From the NCBI RefSeq assembly GCF_006345805.1, contig NW_021835773.1, positions 1 through 38,192 on the forward strand: a stretch of 38,192 bases of DNA, read 5' to 3'. Each line of letters starts with the position of its first letter. Positions within the stretch are counted from its first letter, which is position 1. Shown here one piece after another: positions 21,500 through 34,895 of this stretch. The notes below the pieces were generated by a model that saw nothing but the letters and a program-made list of their open reading frames with translations, did no database searches and was not told the origin of the DNA. Made by a program: the position numbers and the translations under genes. This DNA comes from Octopus sinensis (lineage: Eukaryota).

Positions 21500-21856
21500 A
21501 GACGGTGGTGGTGGTGGTGGTGGTGGTTTTGGTGGCGGTGGCGGTGTTGGCGACACTTGGAGAAATGAACGAACGAGATATGATGTAGTGCTAGTTGTAG
21601 TAGTATAGTGATACTGATGGTGGTGGTACTGGTGATGGTGGTGGTGGTGGTGATGGTGGTGGTTGTGGCGGTGGTACTGGTGGTGGTGGTGATGGTGGTA
21701 GTTGTAGTGGTGGTTGTGGTGGTGGTCGTTGTGGTGGATTGTAGTGGTGGTTGTGGCGGTGGTAGTAACAGTGGCGAAAGGAATGAGAGTAATTGCAGTA
21801 GGAGGAGCTGTAGTAGTAGTAGGAGGAGGAGGAGGAGGAAGAGGTGCAGCAGCAGC

Positions 21857-21892
<36 letters not shown>

Positions 21893-22021
21893 TGTTGTTG
21901 TTGTTGTTGTAGTAGTAGTGATGGCTGTGGAGTGGTAAAACAGAAGACATAAATGTAGCAGTAGCTGCTGCTGCTGCTGCGATGGTGGTGGTGGTGGTGG
22001 TGGTGGTGATGATGATGGTGG

Positions 22022-22057
<36 letters not shown>

Positions 22058-22230
22058 CGTCAACGACGACAACGATGATGATGAAGATGATGATGGCGGT
22101 GGTGATGGTGGTGATGATGGTGATGGTGATGATGATGATTATGATGATGATGATGATGATGGCGGTGGTGGTGGTGGTGGTGGTGGTGGTGGTGACGGTG
22201 AAAGTGATGGTGGCGGTGATGAAGGTGCTG
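21500..22230. repeat. Degenerate compound trinucleotide microsatellite (GGT/GTA/GAT/GTT)
   Basis: Directly visible. Confidence 0.9.
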
Positions 22231-22670
22231 GTACATCAGTAGTTGTATCGACAGCAGAGGTAAAAAGAAAAAAAAAAAATTTCCACTGATATTGCGATTA
22301 CGAGTGGAGTGGAACTCTTCAAAACGAGGAGATAACATTGTTGAGACACGCAATAGTTTTGTAGAGGTTTTAAAGACTAATTTTATTGCATCTGACAATA
22401 CGAACAACAAATAAACAAATGAATAAACACACAAATAAATAAATAAATAAATAAATACATAAAATCTAAATAGATAAATAAATAAATAATCAGCGAAAAG
22501 AACCACAAAAAACAACTAAATAATGTCCTGGAAACTAAAAAAACAAGCTCAGCCAAAATAGTAACATTAACCACAACAACAAAATGTTTGTAACAATCCC
22601 ACAAGAACATCGTCAATCACCAAAACAACAACAACTACAACTACTACAATAGCAGCAACACATGTACAAT

Positions 22671-22748
<78 letters not shown>

Positions 22749-22859
22749 GAAGCACAAATGAAGAAAAAGAAAAAAACTCATGCAAAAATCTATAAAGTAA
22801 TATGGCCGACATATAATCAAACCAAACACGATCTGTTACTTTATCAATGCACCAAGTGG

Positions 22860-23070
22860 CCTTCTTCTTCTTGTTGTTGTTGTTGCTGTTGCTGTTGTTT
22901 GGACTACTACACTTGGTGGTGTTGCTGCTGCTGCTGGAGCTGTTCTTGTTGCTGTTGTTGTTGTTGTTGTTGCTGCTGCTCTTGCTGTTTTTGTCACATC
23001 ATCATCATCATCATGATCGTCATCGTCATCGTTGTCGTCGTCGTCGTCATCATCATCATCATCATTATCA

Positions 23071-23116
<46 letters not shown>

Positions 23117-23259
23117 CATTATTATTATTATTATCATTATTGTTGTTGTTGTTGTTGTTGTTATTATTATTATTATTATTGTTGTTGTTGTTGTTATTAT
23201 TATTATTATTATCATTATTATTGTTGTTGTTGTTATTATTATTGTTATTGTTGTTGTTG

Positions 23260-23320
<61 letters not shown>

Positions 23321-23322
23321 TA

Positions 23323-23379
<57 letters not shown>

Positions 23380-23390
23380 CATTATTACTG
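22860..23390. repeat. Compound microsatellite (GTT/GCT/CAT/TAT)n
   Basis: Directly visible; source of the 213-aa low-complexity ORFs. Confidence 0.95.
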
Positions 23391-24115
23391 CTACTATGAT
23401 TGATATTATTATCTCCATCATTATTCTTCATTTCTCAGTTGATGACAGTGTTGATCTCGTAAGAGTTTATTGCCAAAGATGGGATTAGAGATCGATTAAA
23501 AAATAATTGATATTGCTCCGCTTGTAAGCGAATGTGATAACATTGAAGAGAAAAATCGGAGATGAAAAGAAATGAAAGAAAGAGGGAGAGAGAGAGAGAG
23601 AGAGAGGAAGAGAGAAAGAGAAAGAGAGAAAGAGAGAAGTAGTGAAAGAATGCGACAAGCATACACACATTCTGTGTGGGTGTATGCATATATATATACA
23701 TGTGTGTGTGTGTGTGTGTGGGTGTATATATATGTGTGTGTGTGTGTATTCTATATGTTTACATGCATATTGCATATGTGTAAGTGTATGTATCTATATA
23801 TGTGTGTATGTATATATGTTTGCATGTATGTGTGAGTGTATATATATGTGTTTGTGGATGTATATGTGTATGTATATATATGTATGCATGTATGTGTGTG
23901 TATATATAAATGTGTGCATGTTTGTGTGTGTATGTATATATGTTTACATGTATGTGTATGAGTGTATATATATGTGTTTGTGGATATATGTGTGTATGTA
24001 TATGTATGTATGCATGTATGCGTGTGTATATATAAATGTGTGCATGTATGTGTGTGTATGTATATATGTTTATATGTATGTGTATGAGTGTATATATATA
24101 TAAATATATATATAA

Positions 24116-24157
<42 letters not shown>

Positions 24158-25544
24158 GCATGTATATGTGCATGTATGTGTGTGTGTGTGTGTGTGCGTG
24201 CGTGCGTGCCTGAGTGTATGCGCAGACATGCGTATATTCCTCTGAGAAAGGTAAATACTGATTGAAATAGAGATTATGTGTGACTTGATATATCTGCAAT
24301 CGGAATGTCAAAACTGATACCAACTACCCTTAGCTACTACGTCCCTTGGTAAATATTCAGAGATAGCTAACAAAAAAAAAAAAAAAAAAAGGCATCAAAT
24401 CATTGTTATCGATCTGAAATAACTGAAACTTATAAATTAGCAGAGACAGACAGATTCAAAGAAAGCTGGATAGAACACAACGGTTAGTATTGATGTGTCT
24501 GATTATAGCCACAAGTTCGCTGTCTCTCGGCATCCTTGACTCTGCATCGACCTGACTGATAATAAAGATACAGTCCTGTTTAATATGAGAGCGTATATGC
24601 ATTTGAGTCATGGAACGGTGATGAGACCCATCGTTCGTAAATCGATTGTACATCAGAATCCTGTTAAAATGTTCTGCAGATGCTTGCCAGCAGAAAAAGT
24701 TACATGCTATTATTAATATAAAGCGATCTTTATGTAGATTCCTTATTTCCAGCAGACCTTAGATTTTAAAACAAAATCTCCGTACTAAAGAAATTTAAAA
24801 GAATTTTTTAATGACTTTTACAGGAGAAAGAAGGAAAAAAAAAAACCTTTCGTAACTGCGTATGGAATGTTATATACCTCTTTTACTGTGCCAAACATGA
24901 ATTCCATCTTTAAGGTCATTAAAAAAAAAGGCTGTAAAATAAATCGTGCGAGAAGCAACAAGGATTTATAGAACTTGTACTGAGTTGTGTTGACAAACCA
25001 CGTGTTAAGTATTTAGTATTCCAACTCTGTACACAGCAGTGAAGCGTATTACACCATGTGAATGGAATCGTTTAAAACTAAGACACAAACTTCAAACATT
25101 CACGCCTAAATGTATTGCGATTTTAAATCGGAAATATGATAGGCAAAGTAGGTGTATCTGGAATTGAACATAAAACAGCAAACATATTAAATGTTTGCGA
25201 GTAAAGTTCTTCATAAGTTAAACTTTAAGGATAAAAGGAAAACGACCAATGATGGGAAAGCTATGAGACGTGACAGTTTTCATAAACGATTAATTGTGCT
25301 GGATGAGAAAACGTAAACGTAATATAGATCTTAGCTACAAACCTGTTCTGAATGTTAAACTAAAAGGGATAAACGTCGGTTTCGAAGGTGAGCATTTAGT
25401 TATTCAGTCAACAGAGTTATCTGCTCATTAAATCAGTGAAGTGGTAACTGGCTGAACACTTCCACAAACACTTCTGTCATCAACGCAGTCCCCAGAAAAT
25501 CGGTGGGACATAATGTGACAAGGATGTATCTTAGAATTAAATGT

Positions 25545-25812
25545 GGAGTGGCTGTGTGGTAAGTAGCTTGTTTACCAACCACATGGTTCCGGGTTCAGTC
25601 CCACTGCGTGGCACCTTGGGCAAGTATCTTCTACTATAGCCTCGGGCTGACCAATGCCTTGTGAGTGGATTTGGTAGACGGAAACTGAAAGAAGCCCGTC
25701 GTATATATGTATAAATATATATATGTATGTGTGTGGATATGTTTGTGTGTCTGTGTTTCTCCCCCTAACATTGCTTGACAACCGATGCTGGTGTGTTTAT
25801 GTCCCCGTTACT
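25545..25812 (+). mobile_element. SINE family A, 3'-truncated
   Basis: GGAGTGGCTGTGTGGTAAGTAGCTTG...GGTTCCGGGTTCAGTCCCACTGCGTGGCACCTTGGGCAAG is the reverse complement of 20650-20917. Confidence 0.92.
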
Positions 25813-26144
25813 TCGAACAGGTATATAATGGACGCAGTTTGTGTGTCAAATAGCTAGCTTGAGGCGGTGGCCTCATGGAGCAATCAGCGACAGCTTTAGT
25901 CTTATATTTATAAGACTGCCATATTAGTATGGCGATAACTATTAATTTCCAGTAACGCTGCCGTAATCTCCTTTAGAGAGCCTTAGTAATTTTAATATTT
26001 CTAATATATACAATGAATATAATAAAAAATTGAGAGTTTTTAAAAATCTTATATTTATTTTGTAAACAAATAATAGAATATTGCATAAAGATTTTATAAG
26101 CATTTTATAATGTTTCTTTCTTTTCTGGAAACTCGCCATCTACC

Positions 26145-26203
26145 GGCAGCTGATAGCTCGCGGACCGTGGCCGGTCCGCGGACCACCGCTTTGAGTAGCA
26201 CTG
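26145..26203. mobile_element. hAT (Charlie/MER5-like) terminal fragment; one end only
   Basis: Reverse complement begins CAGTGCTACTCAAAGCGGTGGTCCGCGGACCGG, a typical hAT-Charlie terminus. It is followed by CTGTAGAG, which fits an NNNTANNN target. Other TIR not found. Confidence 0.65.
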
Positions 26204-26484
26204 CTGTAGAGTGAAAGAAAAACTAAAAGTATTCAGAAGATAAATACATATGTACAAGCATATCCATAGCAATATATAACGACAAATAAAATCATATGGC
26301 GTATGAAATATGCAGAAAACTACGGGAAGAATGAATTTAAAAAACTATGCATTCTTTCCTTAATTTTACGTATTTTTTGTACATCCAAACAACTTTATTT
26401 GTCAATATATATAAGTGTCTATATACTTATAATATGTTTTGAATATTTCCAGTTTTTGTTTCTGTTTATATCTTCATATATATA

Positions 26485-26508
<24 letters not shown>

Positions 26509-26519
<11 letters not shown>

Positions 26520-26657
26520 GAAGGTTTCAAAATGAAATTTTAAAGATGTTTATTTAAGTGAATAAACATCTTCAAAATTGCATCTTCAAACCTTCTTTCA
26601 TATATATTCCCACTCGTGCGGTACCTCACAGCTTCACTTTGTTATATATTTATTTAT

Positions 26658-26694
<37 letters not shown>

Positions 26695-26710
26695 CACACA
26701 CATATATATA

Positions 26711-26752
<42 letters not shown>

Positions 26753-26890
26753 GAAGGTTTCAAAATGAAATTTTAAAGATGTTTATTTAAGTGAATAAAC
26801 ATCTTCAAAATTGCATCTTCAAACCTTCTTTCATATATATTCCCACTCGTGCGGTACCTCACAGCTTCACTTTGTTATATATTTATTTAT

Positions 26891-26965
<75 letters not shown>
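26509..26965. repeat. Tandem 233-bp duplication, each unit containing an 86-bp hairpin
   Basis: 26515-26600 and 26748-26833 are identical, each with 40-bp arms (4 mismatches) and a 6-nt loop, followed by identical TTCCCACTCGTGCGGTACCTCACAGC segments. Confidence 0.9.
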
Positions 26966-26971
<6 letters not shown>

Positions 26972-26972
<1 letters not shown>

Positions 26973-27923
26973 TGGGCTGGCAACTAAGCCCTCGCGGTCT
27001 TCTCATAGTTTGGAATTTATTGCGTTTTTAAATTTTGGAATCTATTTTTTACGAGAATTCTATTTTTGAATCATTTTGCTTTTTTTTTTCTAGTTAATTT
27101 TAGTTGAGTTGGATGAAGAGCGATTAAATAAACTTTTGCGCGAAAATTCTCGTCTTCACTCAATGGGAAAGGTTCAGAAGTATGGCGCATGGGTTTCGCA
27201 TGATTTAAGTGACAACAACAAAAATCAACGAGCTTCAGCGCTCAACCCATAGACACAAGCAACAATTTCTTTACCGAATCGTTGCTGGCAATGAAAAATG
27301 GTGCCTATATATCAATATGAAGCAACGTAAAGAATGGCTTAGCCTCAGTAAACTAGCGACACCGCGCGTGAAACAAGATTTTCATCTGCGTAAGAGGATG
27401 TTGTGCGTATAGTGGGACTGGGAAGGGATTATCCATTACGAATTGCTTGAACGGAACCAAACGGTCAACGCTATGTTCAGCAGATGCAACGACTCAACAC
27501 GGCTATTCAAGAGAAAAGACCTAATCGACAGCATGGAGTTCTTCTGCTTCACGACAACGCCCGCACTCATATCGCCAATATGACCAAGGAAGCTATTCAA
27601 ACGCATGGCTGGGAAGTGCTGCCACACCCACCGTACTCTCCTGGTTTGGCACCAACGGATTTCCACCTCCTTCGATCTCTTTCAAATGGTATGCTCGGAG
27701 TTTCGTTCAATACTAATGCAGAATTGAGAGCTGGGCTGGATCAATTTTCGAGTAGAAATCGGGTGATTTCTACCAACGAGGTATTGAAAATCTTGTTGAA
27801 CGTTGGGAAGAAGTTGTAAACAACAAGGGTGAATACATTATTGATTAATTAGTTGTTACTTTTATTAAAGCTTTTAAAAAATTTAAATAAAAAAGAACGG
27901 TGGGAACCTAGTTGCCAACCCAA
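26972..27923 (+). mobile_element. Internally deleted mariner (DD34D) element with disrupted transposase
   Basis: TA-flanked TIRs TTGGGCTGGCAACTAAG / CTAGTTGCCAACCCAA. Motifs IVAGNEKW (first D mutated to N), WDWEGIIHYELL, HDNA, and YSPGLAPTDFHL with 34 residues between D2 and D3. Stops and frameshifts present; 952 bp. Confidence 0.95.
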
Positions 27924-28136
27924 TATATACATATATACTTTTGCATATGTATGTGTATTTGTATATATTAAGCCTTATCGTGTTTATCTGTATCACTTTC
28001 TCCATATCAGCTGACCTGGTTTCTTCACTTTTATCCAGCAGATTTCGTCCTCGATAAAGACTTCCGATGTAAGTTCAAATCATTTGAGTAATACTACGTG
28101 TTTTCTATACCGAGCTTTCTATATCTCACCTGTTGA

Positions 28137-28481
28137 CTATACATACATACATGCATACATACATACGTACATACATACATACATACATACATACATACAT
28201 ACATACATGCATACATACATACATACATACATACATACATACATACATACATACATACATGCATACATACGTACATACATACATACTTACATACATACAT
28301 ACATACATGCATACATGCATACATACATACATACATACGTACGTACGTACGTACGTACATACATACGTACGTACGTACGTACATACATACATACATACAA
28401 CATACATACATACATACATACACACACCACACACACACACATATATATACATACATACATCATACATACATACATATACAT

Positions 28482-28541
<60 letters not shown>

Positions 28542-28598
28542 TATATATGTATATATACATACATACATACATACATACACACACACATATATATATAT

Positions 28599-28629
<31 letters not shown>

Positions 28630-28725
28630 TATATGTATATATACATACATACATACATACATGCATGCATGCATACATACATACATACATACATACATAC
28701 ATACATACATACATACGTACGTACA
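28137..28725. repeat. (ACAT)n/(AC)n/(AT)n compound microsatellite
   Basis: Directly visible. Confidence 0.95.
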
Positions 28726-28970
28726 TATGAATGGAATCATTTAAAACTAGGACACAAACTACGAACATTCACGAGGCTATTTTGCACTGTGCGTTGCATC
28801 AGGTGTTATATCGCTCCAGGCCCACTAGAGAGCAGTACAGAATGAAGCCGAAACGATTGTTGTGTTAATAGATGCGTCTAATTACACTCCATCTTGTATA
28901 TTAATCTTTTAATATAAGCATACATACATATATGTGTGTGTGTGCATGTTTATATATATATATGTATGTT

Positions 28971-29005
<35 letters not shown>

Positions 29006-29013
29006 ATATATAT

Positions 29014-29187
29014 GCCAGAGTAAGAAAATAAATGTGAAAAAAGGTGGGAAAATAGTACTCGAGTACCGGAGGTAGAGTAATTTGCTTTATTAATAATGTT
29101 GCAAAGACATCACAAAAACTGTTACTCAGAGATTCTCAGCCAAAACTCTCCGACGGACGGGAACGTGAAACTCTGGGTAACAGTTTT
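29014..29187. mobile_element. Penelope-like terminal fragment with inverted junction and degenerate type I hammerhead (29142-29187, +)
   Basis: Stem I AAAACTCT/ACAGTTTT, core CCGACGG, stem II ACG-GGAA-CGT, GAAA, stem III (A)CT-CTG-GG(T), cleavage triplet GUA. An upstream inverted copy lies at 29115-29131. Confidence 0.55.
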
Positions 29188-29193
29188 ATTATT

Positions 29194-29232
<39 letters not shown>

Positions 29233-29233
<1 letters not shown>

Positions 29234-29787
29234 CCCTGATGCAGTACCAGGCAGTGGCTCTCATGGCTTCTGATCTTAACTGATTGGAAGTGTTATCATG
29301 TACATTGTTTTGTCTTGGTATAAAAGATGGGCTACAGCAAATATTCTGCTCAATACCACAGATTTGCTTGTCAGTTGTTTGACCTTAACCAGTTGAGCAT
29401 GTCCCTTAGTGGCTGACGATATGTGCATCTCTGATCACGAGCAGAAGTAGTGGGGGAGCATCATAGCCATGTGTTGAGAGGGATTCTTTGGGGTTTGAAT
29501 GGTTCACCTCTGGAAACATGGGTGGTTCTTTCAACATCCTTAAACAACCCTTATTCAGGGACCGTTTGAGCGGGATGGGCTACTCAACCTGAAGAAAATT
29601 CTAACTGGGCCCCCACCTGCAAGGTCATGTGCTGTTTATCTTGATATAAGATCACCATGTCGCGCACATATGGTTGTGATGCATGTGCCTGGTGTACCTT
29701 TATCAGACGGGTAGTCATGATGGGTAGATTGGGCTTCGTATATTTTACCCCAGTGTCACTTTGATGGCATGAACTGCTCTCTCACTC
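29233..29787 (+). mobile_element. (AAT)n-embedded interspersed repeat (possible R4/Dong-clade LINE 3' end)
   Basis: 555 bp with (AAT)n on both sides and a second copy at 13768-14051. The Dong assignment is inferred only from the known TAA-repeat targeting of that clade. Confidence 0.75.
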
Positions 29788-29843
<56 letters not shown>

Positions 29844-29847
29844 TAGT

Positions 29848-29924
<77 letters not shown>

Positions 29925-30042
29925 TAATAATAATAGTAATAATAATAATAATAATATATCGAGAGAGAGAGAGATATTTATATATATACGCATATATACA
30001 TAAATACATGAGTGTATATGGGTGTGAGTTTGTGTGTGAGTG

Positions 30043-30077
<35 letters not shown>

Positions 30078-30760
30078 GTGCGTGCGTGTGTGTGTGTTTG
30101 CTCAAATGGAGAAAAAGGGAAAGGGTGAGAATGATTGAGAAAGTGACAGAAGAGATATTTAAAAATTAATGCAAATATTGGATGAAATTTTCCCTCAAAA
30201 CATTAAATGAAACAGTTTCATTGGTTGGCGGAATATGACCGTTGCGAAGAATCTGTAAACTTAAACGAGTCAATAAATAAACGAATAAAATTGAATAGAA
30301 TGTGTGTGTGTGTGTTTGGGTGAAGGGGGAAGTTGGAGGGAAATGCCGTTGAAGAAGGAAAAAAAAACAAAAAACAAACGGAAGAGAAATCAAGTGAAAG
30401 GGAAAGGAAAAGGCAGGCCAGAAATAAAGGGTAGAGCAGAGAGTGTGAAAATGAGCAGAGTAAAGGGAATATGGGTGAGGAGAGAAAAAAGTAACGGTAG
30501 CCATAGAAATTGAACGTTCGTGATTTTCGAGAATATATGCATAGATGGACGTGTAAATTTGAGGGAAATTACATAAGAAATGCATTAAAGATAGTCATTA
30601 AAATATATAAGCGTAGGCGCGTGATGACATCTTAAAAACACAGAATTGTGCGAACGTGGGGGTAAAACGAAAATGTATAAAATTATTTTTTTTTGGAAAA
30701 AATGTGTAAATATTCGGTTTAGAAGCACATTTGTTGAACGATGCAAGACAGGAAATTGTA

Positions 30761-30768
<8 letters not shown>

Positions 30769-30825
<57 letters not shown>

Positions 30826-30853
30826 GATAATAATAATAATAATAATAATAATA

Positions 30854-30884
<31 letters not shown>

Positions 30885-30910
30885 TGATAATAATATTAAT
30901 AATAATACTG

Positions 30911-30963
<53 letters not shown>

Positions 30964-30984
30964 GATGATGATGATGATGATGAC

Positions 30985-31022
<38 letters not shown>

Positions 31023-31032
31023 CGATGATGAC

Positions 31033-31084
<52 letters not shown>

Positions 31085-31095
31085 TTGATGATGAT
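30769..31095. repeat. (AAT)n to (GAT)n compound microsatellite
   Basis: Directly visible. Confidence 0.95.
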
Positions 31096-32814
31096 AAAAT
31101 GGACAAGTTTGCAAAACTCTAAAAATTCTAGAAAATTATAAATATTCAATAAATCATCAATTAAGTCGCGTTTATCCTTCTATACGAAAATTCCCTCCTC
31201 TGAAAGTTTATGTCTTCGCAAAAATTCCAGGAGGCCTTTGGTGAATCGATATTAATATTAGTATGTACACGAGAAAAATCTCCATTCTATTTCTTTTGCA
31301 ACCCAATTTTTCATTCGGGTCGAGGAAAACGGTGAAGAGTTGTTTGATGTGTCCCCCTATAGGTGCGTATATATATTACTGAATGCATATCTTATTCTGT
31401 CAAATAAAAGAATTCCATAGCTTAAACGATGGCTTCATTTAGTATGAATGGCCATTAATTAATCAGGTTTAGGAAAACTCTTTTAAAATTATTTAGTGCA
31501 AGATATCTAACGTTTATGGCGTTCAATAAGCTTTGTATGGTGAATGTTTCTGTTTTTTTTTTGTATGTTTTTGTCTTTGTTTTTCGTTTTGACAATATTG
31601 CCTGTTTTAACTATAAAGAGACACTCTTGAATATCGGTTTTGTGATGAGAATTCAATACATAACCATATCTAGGTATGTATCCTCGCCTATGCATATATA
31701 TTTTAAAAGAGGATATTTAATGCGTTTATGTATTTTCTTTAAATTTGCACTATCACAGTATCCCAGGAAATCTACACTTAGGAAAATGCGATGGATCATA
31801 CCAACCTATATCTTAAATGAAACGATCAGCATGGAAAGAATTCCTTAATTTAGTTTCCTCATTTCTGCGAGAAGCTTAGACACCATAGTATCTTTAACAA
31901 AAATTATATGAAAGTAAACTATGGTTGTAACGACTTTGATTTATTTGTTAAATATTATTAAAAAAAAGTGCATTCAATTTTAATAAATAATGTTCCACTA
32001 TCTTCCAGTATCTTATGGTTCCTGACAACTGTCTTCTTGTCGGAAATCAGCTGGAGGCAGGTGAAAATATAGACAAACAATTCTGCATTTAGAATTTACA
32101 CACTGTAACAAAAAGATATAAACGCTCTATAAACGTAAGACGTCATTAGATTCATCCTTTCCTTTGTCCTAAACGTTCATTCTTATTTTCGAACTTTTAG
32201 TTAGCCCTTCTTTCATGTGCCTTAATATAATGCTTTCCTTTCATAAGTCCCAAGTTACTCTGGTTTTTTGAAGAAAAGCTGGGAATGTGTATCATATATG
32301 ATGCATGGATGCCAGGGGTATATGCTCTGTAGGTCACATATGATTCTCAGGACAGGAAAAGAGCTAAAAAAAAACAACAGATTCTTCACAAGTGCATTTA
32401 CGATTTGGAGAGGTCTCATCCAAATCCTTTTCAAATACACTGTTCAGTTTAGAAAACGCTAGCCCTTTCAAGGTTAGTTTCCTATCAATCAACCATAATC
32501 AACCAGCACGCCTTGTTTTTAAGCAAAAGTTTCCTGGGAACTCAAGCTTTGAGAGAATCTAAATTATTGAATTGTTATAGGCGTGTTTCGAAATACTTGT
32601 TATGTAAAGTTAAGTTTATTAATGCCTAACAGCTAAAGTTTATTCAAATGTGTTATTGAATCACAAACTTTAGCCTGTCCAAAGCATTTTCATAAGTTGG
32701 TCTTAAACGTATCTGCTTGTTTCGTACGTTCTGAGTAATATATGCTTTCTTTTCAAAAGCCACTAGTTATTCCAGCAGTTTAAAAAAATTTGGTAATGTA
32801 TATCACATATGACG

Positions 32815-33050
32815 TAGAGGCGCGTGGCTTAGCGGTTAGGGTCTCCGCATCATGACCGTAAGATTGTGGTTTCGATTCCTGGACCGGGCGACGCGTTGTG
32901 TTCTTGAGGAAAACACTTCATTTCACGTTGCTCCAGTCCACTCAGCTGGCAAAAATGAGTAACGCTGCGATGGACTGGTTGGGGAACACATACGCCATAG
33001 AAACCTGGAAACCGGGCCCAAGAACCTGGCTAGGCTTTAAAAGGGCGCAA
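32815..33050 (+). mobile_element. tRNA-derived SINE family C
   Basis: Head GGCGCGTGGCTTAGCGGTTAGG...GGTTTCGATTCCTGG, core GTGTTCTTGAGGAAAACACTT...GCTCCAGTCCACTCAGCTG, tail GAGTAACGCTGCGATGGACTGG...AACCTGGCTAGGCTTTAAAAGGG. Confidence 0.85.
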
Positions 33051-33165
33051 AAAATATACCGGAACAACAGGGAAATACATCCTGTTATCACATATGATAC
33101 ACAAGATATATATCATGTATGGACGACAAGGAAATATATTCTGTTATCACACGTGATACAGGCGT

Positions 33166-33550
33166 GGAGGCGCAATGACCCAGTGGTTAGGGCAGCGGAC
33201 TCGCGGTCGTAGGATCGCGGTTTCGATTCCCAGACCAGGCGTTGTGAGTGTTTATTGAGCGAAAACACCTAAAAAGCTCCACGAGGCTCCGGCAGGGGAC
33301 GGTGGTGATCCCTGCTGTACTCTTTCACCACAACTTTCTCTCACTCTTACTTCCTGTTTCTGTTGTACCTGTATTTCAAAGGGCCGGCCTTGTCACACTC
33401 TGTGTCACGCTGAATATCCCCGAGAACTGCGTTAAGGGTACACGTGTCTGTGGAGTGCTCAGCCACTTACACGTTAATTTCACGAGCAGGCTGTTCCGTT
33501 GATTCGGATCAACCGGAACCCTCGTCGTCGTAACCGACGGAGTGCTTCCA
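33166..33550 (+). mobile_element. tRNA-derived SINE family B, full length
   Basis: A/B-box head TGACCCAGTGGTTAGG...GGTTTCGATTCCC, body shared with the 9013 copy, tail GATCAACCGGAACCCTCGTCGTCGTAACCGACGGAGTGC. Confidence 0.92.
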
Positions 33551-33899
33551 TTCACACAGGACAAGCAAAAGGTTAACACCGAACTTTTATTCAATTCTTA
33601 TTGACAGTAATTTATCGACCATAATTTCCGAGAATTTATCAGAATATGCAAACATTTTTTTCATTATAGTTGCTTCTTTAACATCGTTCAGTTACTGCAA
33701 AACGAATGTTCACACAATTTAAAACATGATTTTATACATTTTCATTTTTACTTCACGGTCGTATAATTCAAGGATTTTTTAAAAAGATATCTTCACGCAT
33801 CCTGCACACATATTTTTTAATAAATACTTTTAATGAATTTCTTTAATTTAGATGTCTATAAGTATCTATGTCCTCGAAAACCTTTCATGATCTTTTCCC

Positions 33900-34834
33900 C
33901 TCCTCTCTCTCTCTCTCTTCTTCCTCTCCTCCTCTTTCTTCTTTTCTTCTTCTCATCTTCTTCGTCCTCCTACTTTGATTCTACTCATTTCTGATTTTAT
34001 ATTAAGCCTTATTTATTATATTAATCCAATATTTATATTATTATTAATTTTATTATTTATTATGGTAGTATTATAGGTATTATTATTGAAGTCTTACTAT
34101 TATTATTATTAATATTATTAATCTTATTATTATTATTTTTTATTATTTTTATTATTCTTATATTTTCTTATTCTTCTTATTATCTCTTTATTATTATTAT
34201 TCTTATCTTATTATTATTATTCTTATCTTGGTATTCTTCTTGTAGTATTACTGGTATTTATTAGAGTTATTATTATTAATTCTTATTATTCTTATTCTTA
34301 TATTATTGGTTCTTTTATTGATATTATTATTATTATTATTAGTATTCATTATTCTATTGGTATTATTTTTCTTCTTATTATTCTTATTATTCTTATTCTT
34401 CTTATTATTCATCTTGTCTTTGTTATTGTTCCTTGTTCTGTTCTTGTTCTTGTTCTTGTCTTCTTCTTCTTATTCTTCTTCTTTCTATTTCTTCTTCTCA
34501 TTTTCTTCGTCCTTATGATTCTGATTCTCCTATTCTTCTGATTCTCTCTTTCTGATTCCTCCTCTAAGCCTTCTTATATCTTCTATCTACTCTTTCTTCT
34601 TCTTATTCTTTCTTTACTTCTTCTTCTTATTCTTATTCTTCCTTCTTCTTGCTCTTCTTATTGATTCTCTTCTTCTTCTTCTTCCTTCTTCGTTCTTCTT
34701 GGTCTTCTTCTTGGTCTTCTTCTTGGTCTCTTGTGTGTTCTTCTTCTTCTTGTTATTGTTCTTGTTCTTCTTCTTTTCTTGTTGTTGTTGTTGTTGTTGT
34801 TCTTCTTCTTCTTCTTCTTCTTATCTTCTTCTTC

Positions 34835-34866
<32 letters not shown>

Positions 34867-34895
34867 CTTCTTCTTCTTCTTCTTCCTCCTCTTCC
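33900..34895. repeat. ~1-kb degenerate (ATT)/(CTT)/(GTT) microsatellite
   Basis: Directly visible. Confidence 0.9.

Noticed and set aside
24456-24653. 65-aa minus-strand ORF with an AG acceptor
   Set aside because: No recognisable homology or donor; compatible with a chance ORF.
26509-26965. CRISPR-like repeat array
   Set aside because: Only two units, no unique spacers, eukaryotic context and no cas genes.
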